DNA of 64,000 bases from an uncultured virus (IMG/VR IMGVR_UViG_3300017767_000007) (taxonomy: Duplodnaviria; Heunggongvirae; Uroviricota; Caudoviricetes): IMG/VR virus record IMGVR_UViG_3300017767_000007; one strand, written 5' to 3'. Below the pieces are notes generated by a model. It was not told where the DNA came from, ran no database searches, and saw nothing but the letters and a program-made list of their open reading frames with translations. Numbering within the stretch: the first letter of the stretch is position 1; every line of letters begins with the position of its first letter. Made by a program: the position numbers and the translations under genes. Of this stretch, positions 10,577-18,515 are shown piece by piece.

Positions 10577-10864
10577 TAGGCTTATTTGTCCCCGATGGCG
10601 GGGGCGGGGGGGCGACTTCCTACGGCATGCGTCGTGAAAAGTATGGCTATAGTAGTGTAAACTACGGTGGTGTTAAGGGGCGAAGCGTATAAAAAAGTGT
10701 TAAGGGTTCATAGGTGTAGAAACGCTACAAATCGGTTAGATGCCGAACCTATGGGCGAAGCCATAGCACTATCCAAAAAACGGATGTATAGCCATAGACC
10801 TTCCCGATGCGAAGGTGATACGATAGGTGATTGACCGATAAAACAAGTATAGCGAATAAGCCTA
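10577..10864 (+). ncRNA. Candidate structured ncRNA / long 5' leader
   Basis: Closing stem 10577-10588/10853-10864, inner 10-bp stem 10642-10651/10787-10796, several hairpins. Confidence 0.6.
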
Positions 10865-10915
10865 AGCCGAATAAATACGGGCGATAACGAACAAACCAAA
10901 AGGGGGTGTTTACGG

Positions 10916-11287
10916 ATGGCAAAAAACCAACCAAAGGCACAAACAAGCGTGGTTAAAGCGACACCAAAAACGCAACTTAACGCAATGGGGAAGCGCACAA
11001 AGCGTGGATTCAATGCGGAAGGTGTAGCGAATGGCTTGAATAAGGCTATTCGATGCGGTGAAGACTACTTAGAAGCATACTATATGGGCGAATACTACCG
11101 TTCATCAAATGCTTGCGACGGTGTAATTGCATTCATTAACGGTGCAATTCAATATGCCGAAGCGTATGTGGTCAAGGCTTCCGACGATGGCAACGACCTT
11201 GATGCAATGACTTCCAAGTCCATTGCTAAAGCGATAGGTTATGTCAAGATGTTAGAAGGCTTAACGCACACCAAGCAACAAGTTTGA
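10916..11287 (+). CDS. Hypothetical early protein, basic N-terminus
   Basis: GGGGGTG RBS; contains no CAG/GAG/CTG/CTC in any frame. Confidence 0.75.
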   Translation: MAKNQPKAQTSVVKATPKTQLNAMGKRTKRGFNAEGVANGLNKAIRCGEDYLEAYYMGEYYRSSNACDGVIAFINGAIQYAEAYVVKASDDGNDLDAMTSKSIAKAIGYVKMLEGLTHTKQQV

Positions 11288-11332
11288 ACCAAGAATGAAT
11301 AAGACATGAATGGCGAACTAACCCCCATAAGA

Positions 11333-11643
11333 CACACATTATGTGTGAATCCCATGCTTAGACCTAAGCCGTTCTTTAACGGGGTGTGATTTTGACACCA
11401 ACGATAGCAACGGGGGACTTAACGGGATTAACAAGGCGACCCATGCCATAATGAATAGATGGGCGAATATGGATAACGACACAATCCACGCATCACATAG
11501 CGATAGATGTGACCCTTTGGCCGAATGGGTGACAATCGGCCACCCTAACGGATAGGGGGATTGCATACGCTTCTAAAGGATTAAGTTGAATACCTAAAGG
11601 CGCACATGATAAACCCATGAATGTGCGTGTGTGCATCCCCCCC
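11333..11643 (+). ncRNA. Candidate structured ncRNA
   Basis: At least eight adjacent hairpins and nested stems in an intergenic gap. Confidence 0.6.
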
Positions 11644-11649
11644 GTAATT

Positions 11650-11844
11650 ATGGAAGAATACAATATAAACCAATTTTGTATAGGTTGCGAAACCATACAT
11701 CATAATTCAATCGTAATGGTTGAAATCGAAATGCAATTAATAGACGGGTCAATACTTGACTTCAAATTATGCGAAAGGTGTTATGCCACTATGAAAGCAC
11801 CACAAGAATGCGTGGCAATATTAGTTAAGGGGTATGAAGCATGA
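11650..11844 (+). CDS. Small zinc-finger protein
   Basis: CIGC...CERC; likely ATG 11650. Confidence 0.55.
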   Translation: MEEYNINQFCIGCETIHHNSIVMVEIEMQLIDGSILDFKLCERCYATMKAPQECVAILVKGYEA

Positions 11845-12032
11845 AGTCCCTATACATGCGAAATAGAACCCTATACAACCAACTACAAAGGCAATGTGCC
11901 GAATACAACAAGAAGGCACTACAATGGTGTTTCAACCGCCCAAGCATGGGGTATGCTATGATACACCCAACCGAAGATAAGGTAGTTATCTTCGATACAA
12001 ACAATAACACAATCACCCTTAAGGAATTGTGA
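11841..12032 (+). CDS. Hypothetical protein
   Basis: ATGA overlap with previous gene. Confidence 0.55.
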   Translation: MKSLYMRNRTLYNQLQRQCAEYNKKALQWCFNRPSMGYAMIHPTEDKVVIFDTNNNTITLKEL

Positions 12033-12448
12033 ACATGGTGGATTGGGTTGGGGGTCATGCCCCCTTCCCGACCATACACATGTTAGGAAACATTGTAATT
12101 GAAGGCGAAGTAGTTGTAGCACTTTGTTTGATTGTTGGCTTGATGCTTGGATGGTATCACGCACACATGAAGGCATTTGCTATGGCGGAACAAGATGGAA
12201 CACCAAAGCGTAGGCACAAATACTTCAATATACCCGTTATATTGGATATGCCTGAAACCCTGAAATATACGGGGCATTTAGGATTGCTTGAAGATGCAAT
12301 AGCATCAATCAAGGGATTGTCTGAATTAGCCGACGACGATAAGGAAGACCATCAACTTCATCTAAGATTGATGAAAGACCATTATAGACATGCGGAAGAT
12401 ATACTTTTTGATATTGGATGCGGTCTCGGTGAAAGAAGTCACGAATAG
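12029..12448 (+). CDS. Hypothetical protein with one TM helix
   Basis: VVVALCLIVGLMLGW segment. Confidence 0.55.
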   Translation: MNMVDWVGGHAPFPTIHMLGNIVIEGEVVVALCLIVGLMLGWYHAHMKAFAMAEQDGTPKRRHKYFNIPVILDMPETLKYTGHLGLLEDAIASIKGLSELADDDKEDHQLHLRLMKDHYRHAEDILFDIGCGLGERSHE

Positions 12449-12491
12449 ATGAATACCCATAATCCGACATGATACGGGGTCGTAATGAAGT

Positions 12492-12527
12492 CATAGGGGG
12501 TTCGCCCCCTATGGCTTCCCTTTTTTT
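12492..12527 (+). terminator. Hairpin + T-tract terminator
   Basis: CATAGGGGG-TTCG-CCCCCTATG then T7. Confidence 0.8.
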
Positions 12528-12553
12528 ATTTGTATAACACCAGATCTGCAGAT

Positions 12554-12742
12554 GAGATCTCCCCCGCAACCAAAAAAAATACTGCGTTCCTGCTGCTGCA
12601 CCAGATGAGGTCTGTATATGTAAAAAACACAGCGCCAGCCTGCTGCTGACGAGATCTCCTACAAAATAGTAAAAAACATCTGCGAGGTCCTGGGACCTCC
12701 CCCTGACAGACAAAACTAAAAGATAGCGCAGGCTGCTGCTGA
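12554..12742. repeat. Degenerate ~48 bp tandem repeat (about 4 units; further copy at ~13304-13355)
   Basis: Units of GAGRTCT/GGACCT ... A-tract ... GCG ... CTGCTGCTG. Confidence 0.6.
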
Positions 12743-12743
12743 T

Positions 12744-13079
12744 TCAATCTTCGTCAGGCCAGCAACTGCTGCATTCGCATCCAACATAGCACCAGGGTTC
12801 TTCAGACTTAGGCTGCAAAATAATCTTTGGTGGGCCTGCATCTTCAGCCCAGGGGTCAAATTCTTCTTCATCAGCAACAACAGGTTCTTCCTGGTGAAGC
12901 GTTTCCAGCATCCACAGGACGGATTCAACTTGGTCAGGTCTTAGCTGGCCATTGTTCTTGTTTACAGGAATCTGGGATTGGAACGCCTTATTGCAGGAAG
13001 GGCAGACCCATTTGTTGCCCAAGCAGGCCTCCATTACTATGCCACATTCGCAGGCAATCTGTACAGAAATCTGCATCAT
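12744..13079 (-). CDS. Zinc-ribbon hypothetical protein
   Basis: CECG...CPSC and C-terminal CECSSC. Confidence 0.55.
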   Translation of the reverse strand: MMQISVQIACECGIVMEACLGNKWVCPSCNKAFQSQIPVNKNNGQLRPDQVESVLWMLETLHQEEPVVADEEEFDPWAEDAGPPKIILQPKSEEPWCYVGCECSSCWPDED

Positions 13080-13219
13080 TCATCACCACACATGCAGGGC
13101 ATCAGAAATCCCTCGTTGTCTTTTATCGGCAGGCCTCGTGTTTTAAATCCACCACAAGTCAGGCATTGCTGCGCCATGACATTGCGGAAGATTGTTCCAG
13201 ATATGGTTTCGTTCCCCAT
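13076..13219 (-). CDS. Small zinc-ribbon protein
   Basis: CLTC...CMC; ATG 13219 about 22 nt after TATA at ~13241. Confidence 0.5.
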   Translation of the reverse strand: MGNETISGTIFRNVMAQQCLTCGGFKTRGLPIKDNEGFLMPCMCGDE

Positions 13220-13370
13220 GTAACTGCTACTACTAACTACTATATAAGTCTTTAAGAGGTCTCCACAGATGGTTATATCGGGAGAATTTAGCCTGCAGGC
13301 CAACAGATCTCCCCAGCCAGCATAATAAACAAAAAAAGCTGCGCCTGCTGCTGGCAGGCTTCCCAAACGG

Positions 13371-13407
13371 AAAAAGCTGATGCAGGGGCCTGAACCCCCG
13401 CACCAGC
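13371..13407 (-). terminator. Hairpin + T-tract terminator
   Basis: Minus strand GCTGGTGCGGGGG-TTCAGG-CCCCTGCATCAGC then T-run. Confidence 0.65.
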
Positions 13408-13555
13408 GGCCACCTGACTAAACAGGGTAATGCCCCATGAAACCCCGAACAGATCTCATAGGGCGGTTATGCGGTTGCTGTATCTGTGCCTTCCTCATCA
13501 CACGCATATCGGTATCATAACCTGCAAACCTGAAGATTGCTGCTAAGCTGAAGAA

Positions 13556-13891
13556 TCACTTCTTAGCCTTTGCTGCTTTTTTCTTCGGTGCTGCTTTAGC
13601 TGCTTCCTTTGCTTTCTTTGCGTCTGCAAGGGCTGTTGCCGTCTGCTTTGCCATCAAGGTTGCTCCCATAAGGTTTGTTGCTGCCTTTACTGTCTTAGCT
13701 GGGTGTGCCTCTACATTGCATAGAATAAGGTTCGCTACTGCTTCGCTGCTTACCACAAGGTTGCTGAACTCCTCTTCCGAAATGTTCCCGTCTGTTAGCT
13801 GTTGCATGTTATACATCTCAACTAATCTGCGTTGCTTGTTCACGGTATCGCAAATCTGCTTTTGCTGTGCGTCTCCAAATTTATTTGTCAT
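13556..13891 (-). CDS. Hypothetical protein with histone-H1-like Lys/Ala tail
   Basis: GGAGGTGG RBS before ATG 13891 (ORF track extends to 14005); ends AKKAKEAAKAAPKKKAAKAKK. Confidence 0.7.
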   Translation of the reverse strand: MTNKFGDAQQKQICDTVNKQRRLVEMYNMQQLTDGNISEEEFSNLVVSSEAVANLILCNVEAHPAKTVKAATNLMGATLMAKQTATALADAKKAKEAAKAAPKKKAAKAKK

Positions 13892-14303
13892 CTTTTCCAC
13901 CTCCTTCCCCTCTTGTCGTGGACTTTTTCGACCTGATTGGTCGGGCGTATTGCTGTCGCAATCTGATGGTATCGGGGCATCGCTACCTGTCATTATTTCC
14001 GCCATGAATCAGTTATTGCATCCAAGTATATAAGTGTTTAGCAGATGAGCACAGGGGGTATAATCACGATTTTTAGGCAGGTCTCCACAGCATGTTGGCT
14101 CAGGAAAAAGTAATCTGGTATGTCAGGTAAGTTTCCTGGCAGTACCTCACAGTTAAAAAAGATAATCCCTGCAATAAAGTTTATATCAGACCTCCTACTA
14201 AAAATATAATATATCAGTTCCTGTTCCTACAATCTCATAGAGGCTCAAGAACAGCACACTTCTTGGATTTCAAAATCAGGCTATTCCTCCAAACCTTTAA
14301 GTA

Positions 14304-14525
14304 TCAGATATCACATTCACAGGCAAATACAGCATTTGGAGCACCCTTCATACCAGCAGCCTGATTGTTGCCACCGCAGGTTTTACAGAAATGCTTCACA
14401 TTCAGCATACAAGAGGTATCATTGCAAAATCCTGTTCCATCAACATCAACACCGCAGATGCAGGTTTCGCTGGTGGTAGCACAAATAATGCAGGAAGGGG
14501 GACAAATATCAGGCATCAAATACAC
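14304..14525 (-). CDS. Cys-rich hypothetical protein
   Basis: ORF track; multiple CxxC. Confidence 0.45.
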   Translation of the reverse strand: MYLMPDICPPSCIICATTSETCICGVDVDGTGFCNDTSCMLNVKHFCKTCGGNNQAAGMKGAPNAVFACECDI

Positions 14526-14794
14526 CGCCAGCGTGTAGGAGGAGTTACAGTTTTACCACCAGGTTTTACTTCACCGCAGGAACATTCAGCAACATGAGGG
14601 AATTGAATCCTTGACAGTTTATTCAGCAAGATTGCAGATACTTCGTGTATGCAGAAGCCATCACCATGTTCAGCAACAACAGGTTTACCACCTATTTTCA
14701 GGCTGAACCATTCAAATGATTCCAGACTATCAGGACTATACCGTATATGAGTATGCCCCAGACTTTCTATTTCTATTGTGAAACCAGCAACCAT
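14516..14794 (-). CDS. Hypothetical protein
   Basis: ORF track; coupled to neighbours. Confidence 0.5.
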   Translation of the reverse strand: MVAGFTIEIESLGHTHIRYSPDSLESFEWFSLKIGGKPVVAEHGDGFCIHEVSAILLNKLSRIQFPHVAECSCGEVKPGGKTVTPPTRWRCI

Positions 14795-15126
14795 CAGATG
14801 TCACCCCACTTCAGGACTTTCCTGCTTTTGTATCTTTCAAAGCCAGATTTTTCTCCACCAACAGGATGCGGGATAACATTTTGCAGGCCGATGAAGAACA
14901 TCAGGTCATGGAGCACCATCAGGTTTTCTTGGTGGCATAATCGCAGACTTACCAGTTTTCTATATGCTATAATTTCAGCAATTTCAGATATACCCATGTT
15001 CAGGACATCAGGCCATTCTTCTTTTTCGACCAGCGACATCAGTTTTCTTCTATACAATTCAGGGATATATTCTATTCCCAAATGTTGCAGGTATTCCTCC
15101 AATGCTTCATCTTCAATCAGTGACAT
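14794..15126 (-). CDS. Hypothetical protein
   Basis: ORF track; coupled; heavy CTG usage. Confidence 0.55.
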   Translation of the reverse strand: MSLIEDEALEEYLQHLGIEYIPELYRRKLMSLVEKEEWPDVLNMGISEIAEIIAYRKLVSLRLCHQENLMVLHDLMFFIGLQNVIPHPVGGEKSGFERYKSRKVLKWGDI

Positions 15127-15400
15127 CAGATTTACCCCACAAGTTCAGATTATACCATACAATACCAGCAACAACAGGTTTTTCCCTAATATCCGCACCA
15201 GATTGCAGACAATGCAGGCTAACGGGTGTCGCTACAGTTATGTTCAGGTGACCAGACCATATAGATACTTCTAACAGGTAGTCAGGTGTGTCGAGATTAA
15301 CCAATTGTTCATCAGTTAATCTGTCTTTTCGTTCTTCAGATTTTGTCAGGGATTTCCCCCCTTCAGGTTTTTCTTCCATGTTATGAGGTAGTAAGTTCAA
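15113..15400 (-). CDS. Hypothetical protein
   Basis: Likely leaderless ATG 15379 after TATA at ~15404. Confidence 0.5.
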   Translation of the reverse strand: MNLLPHNMEEKPEGGKSLTKSEERKDRLTDEQLVNLDTPDYLLEVSIWSGHLNITVATPVSLHCLQSGADIREKPVVAGIVWYNLNLWGKSDVTD

Positions 15401-15634
15401 GTATATAAGGTTTTAGCAGGTCTCCTAAGCAAGCCAAATCAAGCCATCAGGTCTCCTTTTATCGTTGAGATAGATAATATATTGTGTGTCTGGAGGTAGC
15501 ATCTGTCACCATGAGCGATAAAAAACCTAAAAAGCCTCTATTCCTGCTGCTCGACTTCCCAACAGACCTCCCAATCAATAGACTTTGACAGGCATCTGTG
15601 GCCTTCTGCATGGATAATAGACCAAAATTCAGAT

Positions 15635-15901
15635 TTACAATATTGACAGATATACCTCTTCACCAGTTTCCTCCCCATCATATACTATCTCACCGAACAG
15701 ACGAGTAAATTCTGCACCGTATGTTTCCCAGCAATTAAATTCATTGCATCTGCTTGAACAGGCTGGACCTGAACAATCGAGGAAATTTGGGTCATGTGTG
15801 AGAAACCACTCATGTTGCTGTTTTGTAATTGGTCGCCACAGATATTCAGTTACCATCTGATTCAACCTCCTTAACTGCGTCAAGCAGGGATATGTCGTCA
15901 C
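15635..15901 (-). CDS. Hypothetical protein
   Basis: ORF track. Confidence 0.45.
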   Translation of the reverse strand: MTTYPCLTQLRRLNQMVTEYLWRPITKQQHEWFLTHDPNFLDCSGPACSSRCNEFNCWETYGAEFTRLFGEIVYDGEETGEEVYLSIL

Positions 15902-15976
15902 ACTTCAGGCAACGGCTGGTATCACCAACAAGAGCCATCATCTGCGAACAATTGATACAAGCACGAGGAATACTGC

Positions 15977-16453
15977 TTAACATCTTAATTCCTCATCTGT
16001 GAACCACAAGTCATCATGGTTGGCTGTTCTATCTCTTATTGCCATTAGAATATCTGATGGGATTGTGAAATAACTGCCCTTGCCTCGTGTGAAGTCATAG
16101 TCAGTTCCTGTATTCATCCAACCTATTGTTGCCTGTTTGTACTGTTTGAACCATTGCATCTGCATAAACTGTGTCACAAGTTTTTGCCTGATAGTGTATT
16201 CGGCCTGTAATGGGACATTTGCGTCTGGGCAATGATGTTCCCTGCACCAATTTTCCCACAATTCATCTGATAATGCTCCTTCATGTTCAAGGATTATCTG
16301 TTCCCTGTCTTCGCTGTTCACCCAACCCATAATTCCTGATTCTGCGAAGTCCCATGCGTAGGGCTCCTCTTCCTCTTGGGTTGTTCCTGCTTGCTCATTC
16401 GTTAATTCCTGCCATCTGTATAGATGGTATGGAATCGCTGTTTCTTTTTCCAT
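15977..16453 (-). CDS. Hypothetical acidic protein
   Basis: ATG about 24 nt after TATA at ~16477. Confidence 0.7.
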   Translation of the reverse strand: MEKETAIPYHLYRWQELTNEQAGTTQEEEEPYAWDFAESGIMGWVNSEDREQIILEHEGALSDELWENWCREHHCPDANVPLQAEYTIRQKLVTQFMQMQWFKQYKQATIGWMNTGTDYDFTRGKGSYFTIPSDILMAIRDRTANHDDLWFTDEELRC

Positions 16454-16627
16454 ATTACGAGATAGATAGTTCCAATATATAAGGTTTTGGCAGAAGTTAT
16501 CTGTTTATTTTAATCAAGCAATCTGAATCGCAGTCGAAGCATACCAAATGCAGGGTATCATACGAATCTCCAACAGCAATGATATTATCGCTGCCACAAT
16601 CTGCACATGCCATGTAAAAATCTGAAC

Positions 16628-16897
16628 TCATACTTTCCACCCGTCTGCTGTTGCTTGTGCATCTGCAATCTTTTGAATCTTGTCAGACCATTCCTGCGTA
16701 TAACCACCTTCCCTGATAATCTGTCCGATGGTTTGTCCGTTATCAAGCCTCAAATACAGAAATCGTCTGGCCATGTCAAGGCTCATTTTATCTATTGGAA
16801 TCTCCTCAAAGAAGGTATGAGCAAGTGCTCCTATTATGCCCTTTAATTCGTGAATCTGCATTTCTGCCTTTTCTAAATCGGTAAAATCTGGATTCAT
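16628..16897 (-). CDS. Hypothetical protein
   Basis: Likely ATG 16897 just after stop of upstream gene. Confidence 0.55.
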   Translation of the reverse strand: MNPDFTDLEKAEMQIHELKGIIGALAHTFFEEIPIDKMSLDMARRFLYLRLDNGQTIGQIIREGGYTQEWSDKIQKIADAQATADGWKV

Positions 16898-16898
16898 C

Positions 16899-17453
16899 TC
16901 AATGACCACCACTAATGCTGGCTTCGTAGTAATCTGATTCGTATTTGGATATCTCACATTGCTCATCTTCGTCGTGAACATAATCTGCAAACTTGGTATA
17001 TTCCTCACAATCTGTATTACCATCGAATAAATCCCAGATATACTCAAACGCCCTATCCAGTTTTACTGATAAATGATTGTAAAGATTCCAAAAACTGCCG
17101 TAAAATGCTGGTTTGGCTACAATTGGCTCTTCGCTGAAGTGTTGCTTTGTCGTCTCCATACCCTGTATAGCGCATGAATAGTGTCCTGCTAATTTCAACA
17201 AAAGATTCTTTTGCTGTTCCATCTCTTCTTTAGTCCAATTTACATAATCTGGTGTAGCATCGTTATATCTGATTGATGCACCTAAAACTGACATAAGCCA
17301 TTCCGCCTCAATAACGGGTGGGGTATCTGGAACGCAACCAAATCCTGTAATTGCATTTTCCATTGCCTGTTTTTCCTCATCACTAAGATTTTCCCTGATT
17401 ATAATAGGTTTATCTGGTGCTGGTAATCTGAAATATTTTTCAATATCTGTCAT
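16899..17453 (-). CDS. Hypothetical protein
   Basis: ORF track; promoter at ~17507. Confidence 0.65.
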   Translation of the reverse strand: MTDIEKYFRLPAPDKPIIIRENLSDEEKQAMENAITGFGCVPDTPPVIEAEWLMSVLGASIRYNDATPDYVNWTKEEMEQQKNLLLKLAGHYSCAIQGMETTKQHFSEEPIVAKPAFYGSFWNLYNHLSVKLDRAFEYIWDLFDGNTDCEEYTKFADYVHDEDEQCEISKYESDYYEASISGGH

Positions 17454-17616
17454 TCGTTCTTCACTTCCCTGCTTTCTTTTCGCATAATATCAGATAGACC
17501 TAACTTATATATAAGGTTTTGGCAGATCTCCACAAGTCGTTCAGACGCCCAACATGGGGGATATAGGGAGTATCAGCAGGCGCAATTTCATGTGAGCACA
17601 AGATAAAAAACCTGAA

Positions 17617-17967
17617 TCATTCTTCTTCCTGCTGCTCGTCTTCTATGAATGCTTGCAGATGTTTTTCCGCCCTGTCTAACTCATCAATCTCTTTGTCATC
17701 ATCCCATGTGCAGGTTTTAAGCCAAACTGATGATACACCTGTATGGTCTGCATGTAATTCCCAATGCCACAATCGCTGGTTACTGTAATGTAGGTCGCCA
17801 AGAGGACAATGTGTTCTTTCCAGTAAACTATCTATTCGCAGGTTTACTGCAAGACTAATTTCTGATTTAGCAAAGAGGCTGATATGCTCAATACCGTATC
17901 TTGTTTTACATTTCTCTAACAACAGCAAAGAATCTTTGCTATTCCTGATTAGGATTTCGTAGGCCAT
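17617..17967 (-). CDS. Hypothetical protein
   Basis: ORF track; promoter at ~17992. Confidence 0.6.
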   Translation of the reverse strand: MAYEILIRNSKDSLLLLEKCKTRYGIEHISLFAKSEISLAVNLRIDSLLERTHCPLGDLHYSNQRLWHWELHADHTGVSSVWLKTCTWDDDKEIDELDRAEKHLQAFIEDEQQEEE

Positions 17968-18080
17968 GTATTGAGGTAAATACTAATAGTATTTATAGTT
18001 TTAGCAGACCGCATGAGCACTAATACAGATTCAGATCTCCTACGCTAAATACTTATATACTATTACTAATTACCTCTATT

Positions 18081-18190
18081 TGTTCCGTTAGGTGAAAAGA
18101 TGAAGCAGACGACACCCCCTCCAACGCTTTCGTTCAGCGTGTTTCTGATTTCTTTCATGTCTTTCGTTTGCAGATTTTCCCTGCGGAACA
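18081..18190 (+). ncRNA. Candidate ~110 nt stem-rich RNA
   Basis: TGTTCCG/CGGAACA closing stem starting about 25 nt after a TATA box; internal ACGCT/AGCGT hairpin. Confidence 0.45.
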
Positions 18191-18200
18191 CCTATTTACT

Positions 18201-18272
18201 GGGCTACAAGTATCAAGGAGATACACTGTCTTTGGTTTGGCAGAGGGCGAGGTTCAATTCCTCGGTAGGCCT
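18201..18272 (+). tRNA. Atypical tRNA-like gene (Pro-TGG-like, 8-nt anticodon loop)
   Basis: Acceptor GGGCTAC/GTAGGCC (1 mismatch), D stem GTAT/ATAC, anticodon stem CTGTC/GGCAG, T arm CGAGG-TTCAATT-CCTCG. Confidence 0.7.
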
Positions 18273-18308
18273 CCTATTCCACCCTAATACAGAAGTGGAG
18301 GTAATAAT

Positions 18309-18515
18309 ATGGTAAAGATAAGCAGAAGAAACAGTAAAGAAGTATGGCAAACAGATATACCTAAAGATAAACTCAGCAAGTGGGGTTATCCTGATGAAAG
18401 GTTTTTCAGTTTCAGCCGTTGTGTATGGCGAACAGAAGAAAAGTATGAATCCCTGTGGATTCCTCGACATTCCTCACACAACCCCTATAATCAATTGGAG
18501 GCATTAGATGTCTGA
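18309..18515 (+). CDS. Hypothetical protein
   Basis: GGAGGT RBS. Confidence 0.55.
   Translation: MVKISRRNSKEVWQTDIPKDKLSKWGYPDERFFSFSRCVWRTEEKYESLWIPRHSSHNPYNQLEALDV

Noticed and set aside
10597..10614. G-quadruplex
   Set aside because: The G-run can pair with the adjacent GTCCCC within the candidate RNA; too little independent support
10577..10864. RNase P RNA or SRP RNA
   Set aside because: Size fits, but I could not find the conserved GAGGAAAGUCC-type or SRP helix-8 motifs
10493..12251. Avoided motif identical to Mu Mom SASNY
   Set aside because: CAC and GAC are frequent in the zone; only SAG is missing
12554..12742. Repeat array as a mini-CRISPR
   Set aside because: Units are degenerate along their length, with no identical repeats separated by unique spacers
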